DNA of 62,318 bases, counting the filler, from Callorhinchus milii (taxonomy: Eukaryota): assembly GCF_018977255.1 (NCBI RefSeq). It is 5 parts of 5 records of this genome, joined end to end, with 100 filler letters (N's around TTAATTAATTAA, not from the genome) between each part and the next. Parts side by side here need not be neighbours in the genome. Positions count along the whole stretch, not along the records: positions 57,870 to 62,318 come from NW_024704877.1; 4 more parts are not named here. One strand, 5' to 3'. This document shows, piece by piece, positions 61,375 to 62,318 of the stretch. Under the pieces are notes generated by a model, which worked only from the letters and a program-made list of their open reading frames with translations, searched no databases and had not been told where the DNA came from. Position 1 is the first letter of the stretch, and every line of letters starts with the position of its first letter. The position numbers and the translations under genes are program-made.

Positions 61375-62318
61375 CCTCTCACCGCTGGGAGATACCGTCA
61401 GCCCCTGACACCTCAGAGTGACTGTGAGTAACACAGAGCTGTTCTCTAAGAGTGTTGGAGAGAGACTTGGTTTGTTTGTGATGAACAGCGTCACATCATG
61501 GCTGGTGTCAGCGGCTTTGAGGGGTGGCCAGGTGTGGTTTGCGGGTGGAGGGGAAGAACATACATGAGGATAGGGACTGACTGACTGCGCCCGAGAGCAG
61601 TGGGCAGAGAGGGCCTCTTGGGGATGACTGTTCGAGGCTCATTTAAGTTTAAATGGAACCTTGACTTGGAAGCCAACGGGAGGGAATATAACCTGACAAT
61701 GTGAGTGGGACAAAGGCTGTGTGATGGAGAGAGGGACTCTACTGAGAATTGGGAAATTTACATAAAGAAACTACTTACACACCTTTGACTTGGAGTGAGT
61801 TATTTTACAGTGACCAGCAGCTGGACGCGGAAGCCGGTCAAGCCAGTAATGAGTTAATGAGACATGGGTGATGATGGGTAAGAAGGAGGAAGGAGAAATT
61901 GGGGTAAAGAAATATGGGGTGCGGTGATTATATAAGCCATCGGGATAGAGGGGGTGACAAAGAGATGAAAGGCTGCCGGGGGACATGGAGGAGTAAGAGA
62001 AAGCAGGGAATATGACGTTTATTTTTCAGCATATCATGTGAACGGTTTATCACGTTTGATCGACATGGTAGTGGACTGTGTCAAACAAAAGCATTATTTT
62101 TAATCCCTGTCTCGGCCTTTCTGTCGGTCTATCTGTCAGTCTGTGTATTATGTGGCTGTCTTCTGTGTGTCTCTCTTTCACAAATGTCATTGGCCTTGAG
62201 CATTGAGATGTCTGAAAGGCTCTGAGGTGGAGCTGATCAATTGTGGAATCAGAAGTTTGGAATTATTTTTTGTCTTTAACGATGGTTTGGGAGGAGATCG
62301 CAGTTTACTGCTGTGAGT

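Noticed and set aside
1-62318. TCR Ddelta, Jdelta or Cdelta, or IgNAR constant exons
   Set aside because: No FGxG-type J or TCR C exon was found; the only C exons are the two IgH exons on contig 3.

Overview
Vertebrate genomic DNA from a cartilaginous fish (shark or chimaera; species not determinable here): a TCR alpha/delta V region carrying NAR-TCR cassettes, plus an IgH-type cluster. The window is five contigs joined by artificial 100-nt spacers (44 N + TTAATTAATTAA + 44 N), so order and orientation across spacers are not evidence. Contig 1 (1-13799) and contig 4 (44006-57769) are near-identical, co-terminal copies. Each holds a NAR-TCR V(partial)-D-J, a leaderless supporting Vdelta and several conventional TCR Valpha/delta genes and relics. 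Contig 2 (13900-24030, minus strand) has a complete, intact NAR-TCR cassette (L, V, D, J, supporting Vdelta with a CDR1 Cys) and two V pseudogenes. Contig 3 (24131-43905) has an IgH cluster L-V-D1-D2-D3-J followed by only two constant exons (Cmu3/Cmu4-like), a secretory tail and TM exons. Its V and J carry camelid-VHH-like interface substitutions. Contig 5 (57870-62318, minus strand) has a third NAR-TCR L-V-D-J. Where a supporting Vdelta should sit there is instead an intact, leaderless, RSS-free, germline-joined NAR-type V(D)J exon that splices in frame. This predicts a receptor with stacked NAR domains, reminiscent of marsupial TCRmu Vmuj, and is the top finding. Other highlights: a conserved three-exon 5' end with an in-frame upstream ATG on NAR-TCR genes, a new D segment born by duplication of the D2-J interval, and a CR1 insertion shared by the supporting V genes. 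No Ddelta, Jdelta or Cdelta is present in the window.
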